Origin: Nageia nagi
Taxonomy: Eukaryota; Plantae; Pinophyta
Assembly (NCBI GenBank): GCA_050084985.1
Contig: JBITNC010000001.1
Location: forward strand, 215,884,001-215,948,000
Reading direction: 5' to 3'
Length of the DNA: 64,000 nucleotides
The notes under the pieces were generated by a model. The model was not told where the DNA came from, searched no databases, and saw only the letters and a list, made by a program, of their open reading frames with translations. Positions 50,900-64,000 of the stretch are shown here, one piece after another (the first letter of the stretch is position 1; each line of letters opens with the position of its first letter). Made by a program: the position numbers and the translations under genes.

Positions 50900-53450
50900 A
50901 CAATCACATCAAGAGATCATGCATGAAGCTTAACATTGGTGTTGCTAGTAGCATTGGTACTAGGCTACAATGCACAAAATACTATCAATTTAAAGGCACA
51001 CATCAAATTTGAATACAAAGATCCTTAATAATGACCTCCACTTTAAGAATATGAGCTTTAGACCATGCACTTTTGGTCCCCAAAAGCTATACTTTTGAAG
51101 AAGATGAGGAAATAAATCCCCAACTCTAAATTTATCATACCTTTTTGCTTTGTTAATCTTATATCATTTCAACCCAATCAACAAAATATTCTATTGTCCC
51201 CTCCTTGTGGTACAAACCTTCTTTTGAAAAATTGTATCTTGTATAAGTTCATTTATAGTTGATGGAGAAACATCATTAATTGATGGAAAAACTTGACCTA
51301 CTACCTCCTTTTCTTTAGTTAACATAAATGGCTTAAATAATTTCAATTTATCCATATTTATTATTGAATAAATATTTATATAGGCATGTAGATTCAAATT
51401 ACAATAATTTTTACTCACTTTATATACAATGTCAAATGTCTCGTACTTATAGGTTTCAATTTCTTGGTTGGTCCTTGTAATCTCTTGTTGTTGAGATTTA
51501 ACCAAACTGTATCTCCCACTTGAAACTTATGGTCCTTGTAATCTCTCTTTACTGAACTATTATCGTATTCATCAACCTTGTATCTATCTTATACCAAAAA
51601 CAAGTCCAAAATCTTCCTTAAAACTTGAAATTTCTATAAAAAATGATTGAATTAGGTAAACCAAAATGAATCCATATATGATAAAAGAAAAAAATTACAA
51701 CTTCTTAACTAGTAATAGTCTTCTTGCATGAAATCAAAATAAACATCTTGTTAAATCTATCCAAAACTATGTACACATCATGTACCCTTTTAGACATATG
51801 TAAATCTCAAATAAAATCTATAGAGATACTTTTGCAAGGTCGATTTGGAACTAGAAGTGGCATATACAAACCCAATTTTTTGTTACTAGGTTTGCTAGTA
51901 TAACATATTACATACCCTCAAACATATTTTACAACTTGATCTTCTATATTTGTTCAATAAAAATACCTTTTCAATTTTAATCCTATCTTTTCCACATGAA
52001 AATGACTAACAATATTAGAAGTGTATGCCACTCTAATCAATTATTCATTGTTTCACTTTTAAGAACACATAATAAATTCAACTTATAAAGAAGTCCTTAT
52101 ACAAGATGATTATCATCCATACCTTCATAATTTGATATAGATATTTCAATCAAATTCTTATAAACTTACCCAAAATTATAATTTCTTAGGTAAGCTTCCT
52201 AAAATACTTCATGAATGAAAGGACATACCTCCATTTAAAACTATATCACCTTTGCATCCCAATGCTAACATTGTTGTTAGTGTTGACACTCTTGGAATAG
52301 GAAGTATACACAACATATTTACAAGTTTATTTATACTACCCTTCTTATATATGATGATTAGATGAAAACCATGTAGAAACCCCATCCATCTGAAATGCCT
52401 AGGATTTATCTTAAGCTATCCACCACTAATAATCACCAAATTATTCTTACCAAACTCACACTTACGCATTTTGATGAGCAATTTCTCCTTTTTTAGAGTT
52501 TTAAGAACTTTCTTAAAATGCACTAAATTATCTTCCCATGTTAGACTATAGATAAGAATATCATCAAGATAAATCATAATAATGAATTAATAAAGGGTAT
52601 GTGGACACCATCATTATCCTCATAAATATGGTTATTGGTGCATTACATAAACCAAAGGGTAAAACAAGCCATTCAAACAAACCTAATCTCATATTAAAGG
52701 TTACCTTGCAAATGTCCCTTTATTTGATTCTCACTTGATAAAAATCACTTATCAAGTCCAATTTAGAGAAATAATTTACCCCTTAATTGATCCAAAAGAT
52801 AATTTTGTTTAGGTAAAGGAAAATATTTTTTTATAGTGATTTTATTTAATGCTTTATAATCAATGCACACTCTACATGACCCATCCTTCTTTGGAACTAG
52901 AATAGTAGGTGATCTATAGGGAGATGTGCTCGATTTAATCACACCTTGATCCATAAGTTCTTGGACTTGTATTTTAATCTCCTTATACTCCAAAATTGAT
53001 TGATGATACAAACCATATTTTACAAAGGTGCATCAACTAAGAAATGAATCTCATGTTGAATATCTCGATTAGGTGGCAACCCCTTTGGTTTAACAAATAA
53101 TTCCTAAAAATCCTACATAAGAGTGTGCACTTGTTTTGACTATCTTCCCATCATTAGCATTTCTGATAACATTAATCTTATCATGCATTCAATACTGGCT
53201 ATTTATTTCAGTCCTCCTTAATTAGTAACATGAATAACCATAAGTACAAAATTCCTACTAACATATAGTAGGTGTTTTACTTAATTAGATATTACCAAAA
53301 TCATCATTTTATTTCTCTCTTTTTTGATATAGGTAAAAACTTGCCAGATGTTTCAAATATAGTTTAGAAATGTTCACATAGGAATGTAAGAGAATCCCAA
53401 ACGTGTCTTACTTACAAATGAACTACAATCCCCTTATATCCAATGTAGGT
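50900..53450 (-). mobile_element. Degraded Ty3/gypsy pol (RT, RNase H, partial IN)
   Basis: [58 protein letters not shown]. Boundaries approximate. Confidence 0.85.
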
Positions 53451-53599
53451 TATGGTCATTAACAACATACATAATTTTTTCTAGTTGAATCATAGTTATA
53501 GCCTTACTACTGCTCAATCAAATTATATCTTACAATACCTTAAATTATATCTTACAATACCTTTATTGGTCATAGGAGGTGATCATACTACTCATGAGT

Positions 53600-54600
53600 G
53601 ATTTGGAAATAATTGGAAATATCTTCATGGGTTTTCTTATCATGGGTCTCTTTCTTTCTTAGTCTACCTAGTGGATTTTAACTTATATTTAGAGTTTTCC
53701 TTGGCATGGATCTTGTTCTCTTTAAGATCTAGCCATTCTCAATTTAGTCTTCTTGGTAAGTGTGTTATGTCATCTCCTATTTATTCCTTTTTCTCTTTCT
53801 TTCCTATTCATCCATATCCATGTATATTGGCTCTTAATTTCCCCCTTGGTTACTAACCCTTCCCCATTGAGACTTCCTATGCCATTATTCTCTTCCTAGA
53901 TCCATTCTAATGCCATAAATGAGGTTCCCCTTATATTACTAGCTTATCATTAATAACAATTCATTATTATTGTTGCACCATTATATTTTTAAGTTAGGAT
54001 TATCTATTCTTGATATCTTATCAATTTCCATGCTCTCTCATCATCCCTCCTATCCTTTCTTTTATTCTTCCTTCTCTCCTCATTCATTGCCACATTTTCA
54101 TCCAAACATTCATGTGCATAATGATCAAACTTTTGAAAAATATCACACCTTACTAGAAGATTTTTTTAAATGATAATTTGATCCAATGTACCTCCTCTTT
54201 ATTCATTGATCTCATTCCACATCTCATTTGAAATATAAATATTGAAACACACATGGGCTTCAATCATACTTTTCTCTTGCTTTGTTATCTTATCTATTTC
54301 AACCATATCCCTTATATATATCACCATAACTTATAAGATATTAACATTCCAATAGTCTGATGGTAGACCAGGAAAAATTACCCATGTCAAGATCAAGTTG
54401 ATATTCTCTACTTCTAGATGAAAGCCTCTATGCCATTTCTTCAAGAATAATCCTTTCTTTCTAAAGAACCATGGGACCATTTCCAACACCTTATTGAGAT
54501 CATCCTCATTCCAAAATTTTAAGAACATAATATTATCATGAAGAAAGTACCTAGAACTATAGCAGTAATATGGAATCATGTTTGCCATAGCTATTTAGGA
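53600..54600 (-). mobile_element. L1 LINE ORF1 (DUF4283) remnant
   Basis: KFWNEDDLNKVLEMVPWFFRKKGLFLKKWHRGF..TWVIFPGLPSDYW. Confidence 0.75.
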
Positions 54601-56932
54601 AAGCAATGCTTGACTACATAAGAGTTTGATCATTTAATTGACTCTCTTATGTCTCATGAGAAAAGACTAAGAGAAGATTTTAAATAAATATATGAGAAGG
54701 ATTTTATGTAATGACCCCAAACCCTTAGGACCTTGATTTATAACATATTTATCATGAGATACTATACAGATTTAAAATTCAATTATCAAAGTTTTTAATA
54801 TGTTGAATATGTTAAACTTACATAGATTGATGTATGTATAAAATAATTACATGAATGATAATTTAAGATATTTTTGATAAGAACTATATGAAATTGGTTG
54901 ATTTAAAATATGTGTGGAATTTAAGTATTATTTAATCATGTAATTACCAAATTAGTATTGCTTTTTCTTGCATCTTTGAATGAGTTGCAAGTTTTAGGCT
55001 TCATAACTTGAATTTGTTTAGAAATGTGCAATGACAGTGTTGTCATTATTGTCAACACACTCATTAGGATCCAATTTGCACAACAATGAGGTGTTTGGTG
55101 CTTATACAAAGGTGTTTAATGATTTTGAGGATGTGTTTGGTGGTTAATTGAAGTAGTTGCAAGTGTATTTGTACGAATTTGCAAAAGTCATCAAAAAGTT
55201 GTTAGAATTGTCAAAATAATTTTAAACTTGTAAAAGATATCAAAAATTTATTTGAAATCTATTTGGAGATGCTTTATATGTGTGTGGACATGTTCATTGC
55301 TTTAGTGAAGTTGGTTCAACCCATTCTTGCAAAATTTCAAAAGTTGCTGCTAAGTGTGAAAATTGCAAAAAATGCAAAAGTTGTAAAAAAGGTGCAATTC
55401 TTGAAAATGTAAGATACCTCTAATCCCCATAACATTTTTTTTTTTATTGTATGAAATCCTAAGTGAGCTTCATACCTTTATCTAATATTCATTACATGAG
55501 AATATAATTGCATGTTAATGACCATTATGGAAATATTGGATTAACATAATTATTACCAATTAATTAATAAATCACAATGAATAAATCTTAGATTAGATCA
55601 TATTATAATTATTCTCTTGATAAATTCATAATAATCATTTATCTTATCATTAGGTCCATTTACCTTCAAATAAACTTTAACGCTTAATCCTTCAATAGAA
55701 AATACCCATACATTCACATCATTTATAATTTCCCAATTAAACATGTTATGCATTCAAATTCTGAAACAAATTAAGTAAAATAACATATAAATTGTAGAAA
55801 TCAATAATAATGAAACAATTCATTCACACATGACATCAAGGTATTCATATAACACCATGATTTGAGCTAATGCTTGGGAAAAATCCTATACGTTTCAGCT
55901 TTAGGTAAACCCTTGGTAGCTATGCTACCTAATAGTATTTTATTATCATAATAATAATCATATTAAACCTTTTTTATTCTTACAACATATGTTATTTTAA
56001 CATATTATGACCAAAACTAGGCCTATATGACATCTCATGGGAAACCTATTTCAATTTTATGAAATAATTGGTATAGTACAATATGTGATCTCATCTATCC
56101 TAGAAACTCTTATGCAATCAATAATGCATAAATATAATTACACATTCCAAATATAATCATTATCACTCTCTTGATTTTCATCATAGCACCAAGAAGTATA
56201 TCAATACAAGATGACATAAATCCATTACCAAGAGCACCATCAAACATCAAGTATCCAACATCCAAGTATACTAAAATGCACTCTTATTTAGTTTCCAAAT
56301 AAGAATACTAATGTTAATTTTTTATCATATTTCCCTAAAGGATATAATCAACAATTATAAGGATCTTAAACTAAACAATAGTAACTATAAATTACTACAA
56401 TTAGTTCATGACTTTTTAACATAATATGCAACCATAAACTTCAATAGTATTCCATATGATACAAACATACAACTTCACAATGAGCATTATAAGTGTAGCC
56501 ATAAATATTCATAATAGGCTTCACAAATTTAATCATAAACTTAATAATGTAAAACATAAGTTCAACTATAATATCAACAATACATAATTTAGAATAACAT
56601 AACCATTTTGTTAGATAATAACAATATAACATGAAGACTACCATTTTTTCACATACACTCATAGTGAAGATCATAAATATTAGAAACATAAGCTAAATTA
56701 ACACACAACTTCATCCATGGAAAACTTAGAAATATCTTTCCAAATAAACATAAAGCTACAACCATATTACTTAGCAAAATGTTTCCAATGCAACACGAAC
56801 ATTTTGGTTATTGAAATTAGAAAGATGATGCTAATGAAATATACAAGTTTCAGACATGTAAATTAGTGAAAAGATGCTACTGATATACCAAAGTTTTAGT
56901 CATGTAATTTAGCAAAATATGCCAATGATAAT

Positions 56933-57723
56933 TGTTGATATGTGTTTTGGTATGCCTAGGGTTTACCTCTTAATGGACTAAAAGCATATACATATTTACT
57001 ATATGACAAACCTAAGCTAATTAACTTAGATAAATATACATGAATAAGAGAATTTAATAGTGCAATAATAGAATAACAAAATTACATTAATATTAATATG
57101 TGAAACATAACTACACATACTAAAGAGAAAGGAATCAAGTGAAAGATAAATACCTATGTGTCCTTACTTATGTTGATGTCAAGGATATGATGGATGAATT
57201 TTTTGAAGAGAGATAACCTTGCTATGTGAACATGAAGATCAATTATAGAAGAAATGCTAGCATGAGTGCTAGTCTTTGAAAGCTCCACATGGATACGGAT
57301 GTTAGTGTGGGTGTGAACATTCTTGAAGAATGAGGTTTACCAATAAGCATCAATGATAACATAGATGATGACAAGTTGAACTGAGCATATGATCATGAAA
57401 ATGGATAACAAATATTTTATTAAGTGATAATAAGATTTCAATCTCAATAGGTGACATTTAGAAATACCCAAGTGCAGGGTACCAACTATTGAGATGTAAT
57501 CTTGACATGCTTTCCCCAGGTTAGAGATACTTACAATTATATCAGGTGTGATTCACCATTTGACCCCTTGAATATTGGTTGAAACATCTTGGTGTATCTA
57601 ACATAAAATATAAGAACACAACCTAAGAAATATGTGATAATAAGATGAAATATGATTAAATATGTATGTAAAGTTGCACCTAAGTGGGGATTGTGTTAAG
57701 GGGACCTCTTTTGGGTGTCAACA
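56933..57723. mobile_element. Probable solo LTR (about 790 bp)
   Basis: Termini TGTTGATA / TGTCAACA. TSD not convincing. Confidence 0.5.
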
Positions 57724-57847
57724 GATGCATCCCTTTATAAGTATAATTAAAATTATAATATTATAATTGCAAAGGAAGTAAAGGTAAAGAGAAGAAAAAT
57801 TTGATACTTCTCTAGTTTAGCTATCCAAATCATCAAGGATTTGATGA

Positions 57848-60800
57848 TGTATATTGCCCCCTTTTTTCCTTCGTTGTGAGATTTAATGGCTTGCATGTAG
57901 TAGAATCAACCAAGAGCAAAGAATGAAACGTGAAAATGAGAGGCAAACACTTCCAATCACATATATTATTGTTAATTCATAAAATATATAATAATGATAG
58001 TAAGAGAGAACAACATAACATTTCATCAAATGATATAATAGCAATGAAGCAAGGATTAAATAAATATAATATGCAAACATTATCTTGAAAAAATCAAATA
58101 CTAAAATACTCAATGTTTTTATTCTTAGATTCATACATAAGAAATCATGATAAATGTGTGTTCACATCATCATGGGCTACATGCCCCATTATTAAATGGA
58201 ACACATGTAATCAGAACCATATATGTTAATATCATCCCCATTGCTTGATGTAACATATGAATCAAGAAAAATAAGGTGGTTATGGTTAGTTGAGAGCCAA
58301 TAAATAAAGGTGACTCAAGGATGGAGGTTACTTAAGACCCAAATAGCAAAGGTGACTCAAGGACATTGATGGTTTGAATATTTTCTAGCCATGCTATATG
58401 ATATGAAGGTTATCATCATGAGGTACATGCCCCATTCTTAGATGTGATTAAGGGTTGATTGATTCAAATATTTTTCAATCATGCATGATTAAAGTACTAG
58501 TGATAATGTGGCCATTAGAATGATGATTAGTCTAGTCCCAATCACCAAGCTAACCCAATAAAGATGGTAAGTTTAGTACCAGCCAATTGATAAAAAATAA
58601 TGATGGTTATTTAATTTCCACTTAACATGGACATGATTTGGTAAGCATGATAATAAATCATGATTTTAAATGTAAAGGTAAGAGAGTTTGGAATAGTACT
58701 TGCACTTACCTATGATGCATGATGTGATTTGATGTTGAAATATTCGCATAAATGCTAATGTTAGTGCGAGCATGGAAGGTAGCATGGGCTCTAGGCCTTA
58801 CATTGATTTTGATCATGTAATTATTCTGAGACCGCAGTATGACTACCATTGTAGATGTATCAAAATAAACCTTTATGTATCTAATAAATCATTTTAATCG
58901 CTTAACAATGCATTATTTAAAAAGGTATTAAAAATGTCTTAAAAAAGGCATAGGCCATGCATTTTACCCTTATGGCATATACAAGGGTTCATATCCTATA
59001 ATAGAAGCATCCCTATATAAAGGCATTCAAGATGTTAAAAGAGATAGATGGGATTATCATCAGGAGGAGACTAGATAAGGAGTAGATTATAGAAGACCTC
59101 AAGGCCTCTTTCAACTGAAGATTAGATAGAGAATCAAGGACTCAAACATCATTTGCAAAGCAAGCCTTTGCAAGGGCTTCTTATCTGTAACAATTGAATT
59201 TTTTATCTCAAGCATTATCATACTTTCATTATATTGATACATCATTCCTTCACTTTTTATTTTATCTTTCATCAACATGATATCAATGATGTACTATTAC
59301 TAGGGGGCCAATGCCATGCTATTGTATGTAATATTATTCATTCTTGATGTATGATTTGTGTTAATCAATTGAATATGCATGTTAATAGAACTAACCTATA
59401 TTCTTAATCATCTATTGTCATATTCCTATTTTATGTTAACAAACTAATAGACTAAATATTGCATGTGTTAATTCTCCTAATTAACCATAATATTGCATTA
59501 TTTAGGGTCTACATTTGGTGAACTAGATATTCTTACACACCTAGGTCTTTATCTAGGGCAAAATTATTCTATAACATCATGAATCCATTTTTTATACTAT
59601 TCCTCTCCATAGAGGAAGTGCTCCAAATAGTAGCCAAAAAGCAAGATGAAACTAGGGTTTATTCTACTTATATCCCAAAGTTGGATCTCAACCTAGATAA
59701 CCCTAAAGTATCCAAATCCAAAGTATAATTTTTGAAGGTCAGGAAAAGTCTTCGAATCAATCCTAAATTATCTGTTCAAATCCCTCCTCCTAACACCATT
59801 TGGGATTTTGAATCTTTAAATTCTAGTAAATGCATGTCTATTATTAGAGAGACCCTTGATCACTATGCTATTCTTGATCCTAGCAACTTGGATAATGTGT
59901 CTCCTAATCTGGAACCCTTTGATGATGATGAAATCCTTGACCTTGATAGGATCCTCTACCATGCTAGGTCCATTCAACAGTTATTATCTGATAAAGAATG
60001 ACTATAATGTTTTATTCATAATAAATCTTCTATTATAGTAGAACTTCTAATAAATGTAAATTTACTTGATTCCCACTCTTTAGCTATTAAATCCAAATTT
60101 ATCTTATTCCTCTATAAGGAATCTTTGAAACATCTCTAGCCTATGCATGAAATAAATGGCACAGGTAGAGTGCTTGACTATCATCACAACATGGGCGACA
60201 TAGATCCTAATGGAGCAGAGCCTAAACTAGAGCTTGATGCTAAGTTGGAATAGCCACTACATGAAGAAGATGTTTCTAGAAGTGATGATCAATCAAAACC
60301 TAAGGATCAAGAGGAATAATCTTACAATAGTTTGATCTTTAATCCATGTTACTTTGATAGAGAAAAGAAAGGTGAAGGTCAAGTTATTATATCTAATGAT
60401 GAGATTAAAATTCTTATTAAATATCAACTTATTGAAGTTATTAGAGAAGCATTTAAGCTACAACCAACTTGGACTCTTGAAGAGCATGAGATTAAGGTAG
60501 GTATCATTATGGATGTTCAAGAAACAACTGATTGGCATAAACAAACTCCATCTAAACTATTGGAAATTTGAGTAGGAGTTTGCATGAACTTAAGCAAGAT
60601 AGGGTTAATCATACTAAAGAGTTTTTCTATTTTTAAAATACTCCACTTCAAACACCAAATAATACATAACAACCTCCTCCTCCTCCACCACCATCCCCAA
60701 AGACCAATGTAGGGTCTAACAACATTATGAGTAATGAGGATGATTTCCTTTCATGTTTAAAAAGATCCCTCTCTGCTAGAATTCTTGCCAAAATAATCCC

Positions 60801-61750
60801 TAGGAAAAAGAGTGTCAAATTTACTAAGTTTGATGGTATGGAAGATCCTAGGATGCATGTTTGTAAATTTCATGAAGAAGCTATTGAATATATGTATGAT
60901 CAATATTTGTTGGCTAATTTATTTTCTTACGATTTGAAGGATGAGGCTCTAAAATGATACTTCTATCTTCTCGAAAGTAGCATTGATATGTATGAGGATT
61001 TGATTTACATATTTTTGCATGATTATGGTTATAACATTACTAAGAAGGTTTATCTTAAGGACTTGTGCAAAATTAAATAACTTTCTAACCAATTAGTGAA
61101 GGATTTTATGAAGGTATGGAAGGAAACTGCTAATAAAATCATAATGGATGAACACAAACTGAAGTATATTTTGGTTGATGGTCTCTCACTTGTATATAAG
61201 CTATTTGTCATCTCTAATCATGATATGTCTTTAGGATATATGATTGACATTGTCACTAAAAAGGAGCCATGCATTAAAAAATTGAGTGCTATGAAACATG
61301 TTGATCATACTTCATGTGCAAAACCTATTACTAAAAATCAAACTAAGGTTTAAGAAAATCATGTTGCACGTAAGAAACTAGGTAATTCTCCACCAAAATA
61401 TACTTGATAATATACTCCTTTGATTGATACTATTGATAATATTTTGAATGTATTATTGGATGAGGAACTGATCGAATTACCTCCTATTATTGAGTCTAAG
61501 TTTACTAATGGTGTGCCTAAAAATTTTCACTATGTGGAATTTAGCAAATATCATAGGGTAACTGATCATCTAACCCAAGATTACAAGACTCTTTGTAACC
61601 TTATACAGGACTTCATTGATAATGGAGCAATAAAGATGGATCCAAAGCTAGCTGAATAGGTGGAACCTATACATCCAAATAATGCACAACTAGGGGTATT
61701 CAATAATCCCCTACCATATTAATAATCTCAAGGGTGCATCGGTATAGTAA
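57848..61750 (+). mobile_element. Ogre/Tat-like gypsy: LTR (about 57848-59513) plus decayed gag; no pol seen
   Basis: TG..GGGTCTACA then TTTGG (PBS-like), TATA ctatataaagg near 59013. gag KFTKFDGMEDPRMHVCKF..LFSYDLKDEALK and knuckle YHRVTDHLTQDYKTLCNLIQDFIDNGAI. Confidence 0.7.
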
Positions 61751-62547
61751 GTGTTTTCCATAATTTATATTCTTTTTTGGTTAACACTCATGCATACAAG
61801 CATCCTCCTCCAAATAAGAATAGGAACGAATCAAAAGGGTCAATGCTAGTGGTGTGAATTCTTGCTTTCAAGGTACTAGCAGTGTAGGGATGACTAGTAC
61901 AAGAGTGCCTCTTTTTGTTCCTACTTCTATGAGGTGTATTTGGGTGAAGAAAACTCCCTAGGTACATAAGGTTATTCCTTGATCTCTTTCTAATATCACA
62001 ATCCATGTATCTTAGTAGCTAGGGTGTTTTTATGTCTTTTTGCTTTCTTGTTCTATTTATGCACCAGTCTAGTGCTTTTTCTAATCTATATCTATGAATC
62101 CTTCCTATGTTCATAATTTGAGGATCCAACTCATCTCTATGCATAATTCTAACACCCTACTATCTCTATTTTAGGGTGCTCACATCATGCATTTCTTGGG
62201 ATAGAATGTTTAACTTCTACATTTTTATCATTCTAAACACTATGCCTTGGCATCTAGGATGCTCTTGGGTGTTATGTCATGACATATATGCTCACACACA
62301 CCCTTATGTCCTTTTTTGGTTTCTCCAAGGTACCTTAGTCCCTTCAAGCTGTATCATTTCAATTTGCTATATAAATGTCTTATGCTCATTATCATTTGTA
62401 CATAACATAATGTGTGTGTGTTTAGCATGTTTTACTTTTAGTGAATTAGGTTTTAGGGTGCATTGTGCCTATGTATGTGTCCAATGTCAACCATCTAAAT
62501 ATAACACAAAGATTAAAAAAAATAAAGAGTGTTGAGTCCATAAATAA

Positions 62548-62550
<3 letters not shown>

Positions 62551-62578
<28 letters not shown>
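62551..62578. repeat. (AT)14 microsatellite
   Basis: Direct inspection. Confidence 0.95.
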
Positions 62579-64000
62579 CTTTAAGTCAAAATTTTACATC
62601 ATGCATATACATAGGCTATTGTCCTACATCATCCACCACTATGGGTGGGCACTAGCACCACTACTAGATGCATCACTCCTAGAGCACACTCTCCTACCAC
62701 TACCATCGCTAGCTCTAGATATGGAGACTCCACTTGAGATACCACTAGCTATGAGTCCATGTGTCTCCTAGAGGGTCTTGGACCTCGCATACTCGGCCTT
62801 CAGATTGGATATCTCTAGGGCTTATGCTATGATTAGATCATATTGACTATATAGAAAATCCCACTACTGATTTGGTGGGGGAATTATGAGCCTATCTTGG
62901 AGGCCCTTCACTATATGTGATAGTGAAGCAACCTCTACATCTCTCATCACTAGTGTGGCCTTCACTATGGTCAAATCTACCTCTAAGTCAACTACCTAAG
63001 TATCTGTATCCTCTTTCATATCAAACATGATACTTGTTAGTCTCCCACTAGCTATTTTATTTGAAAATCACAAAGTTATAAATCGAGCCTTTATTACCTA
63101 AAGCAGGGATAGCCATCACTAGTACCTCAAGTCCCCCTATTAGTGGGACCCCATCATGGATCAGATTATCCACATGCATCTGATCCTCCTCCTTAGATGC
63201 CTAGATCACATCCTCACCATCACTACCACTGTCTACCTCATCCAAGCCTAATGGGCCTGGATGCACTCCTACCCACCATCCTACATAGCGGGGTAATCCT
63301 TGGTGCCAACATCACATTTGTTGGGGCATTTAGAGCTTATGACTCTTCCCACCTAGTTTTCCATGTTGGTATATCCATAGCATCAATAGGTACATCCTAC
63401 TCTACATGGTATCTTTGGTATACTTGGGGAATAACTAGAATAGGTTGTAATACCCAACTACATTAGAATGCACTTCAGATGATATGAATCCATTATCTTC
63501 CATCGAGTTTGGAAGAAGTGGGACTGTTTAACCCATGCCAAATGTTGTGCATCATCATACCACACATAATATGCATAGAACATCCACACTATATGGACCT
63601 ATTATAGGCCATCCACCTACATCCTTTGTACCTCCATGGATTACAATGGCCTGTACCCACCAAGTCAACCCATAAAATAAACCAAAGCTACATCTATTGG
63701 ATCATCTTTGGCTCTCATAGGCCCAAACCTATAGAAGGATGACATGAGCAATCATCACATTGATCTTATCAATGTTGATGAAAGTATACAAGTCATGATA
63801 CAACTATACCAATACTACTGGTCCCCAAGAAAATTATCTACCTCATGCACATATCTCTTGCACTATCCATGTTAATCCAAGTGGAAATGCTGAGTGGCTC
63901 TTATCTAAACATAATTACATGGTAATAATGGCTACCACATGTAGTCTCAAATGTCTACCCACTTCAATATACCGATAGGCCTCAGTTAATCTCACTGATC

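Noticed and set aside
54707-56900. LTR starting TGTAATGACCCC
   Set aside because: Plausible gypsy LTR start, but no matching end, PBS or TSD could be placed.

Overview
AT-rich, transposon-saturated plant nuclear DNA. The giant introns, LTR and LINE families and heavy CG/CHG decay look gymnosperm-like; this is an inference. One host gene is visible on the minus strand: a DUF4091/GH123-like gene recognised from memory as a homologue of Arabidopsis At1g45150. It has a 16-nt first coding exon (30741-30756), a 14.5-kb intron 1, a 233-nt exon 2 (15954-16186) and an intron 2 longer than 15.9 kb that runs off the left edge. These introns hold degraded hAT elements, a hAT MITE, an apparently intact 5-exon autonomous hAT transposon with a perfect 8-bp TSD, copia and LINE remnants, and an ORF1-only LINE with poly(A) and TSD. 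They also hold two inverted copies of an unusual LTR-like unit with no gag/pol (about 5.8 kb net in the fuller copy). That unit carries a ~1060-codon ORF and a hairpin preserved by compensatory substitutions; the fuller copy also has an ORF promoter and an array of seven 46-bp palindromes. Upstream of the gene, a 0.6-kb solo LTR hosts two nested copia elements and a non-autonomous LTR element carrying fused PPO and ABCF3 gene fragments. Old gypsy, LINE and Ogre-like remnants follow. All family assignments come from motif recognition, not database searches.
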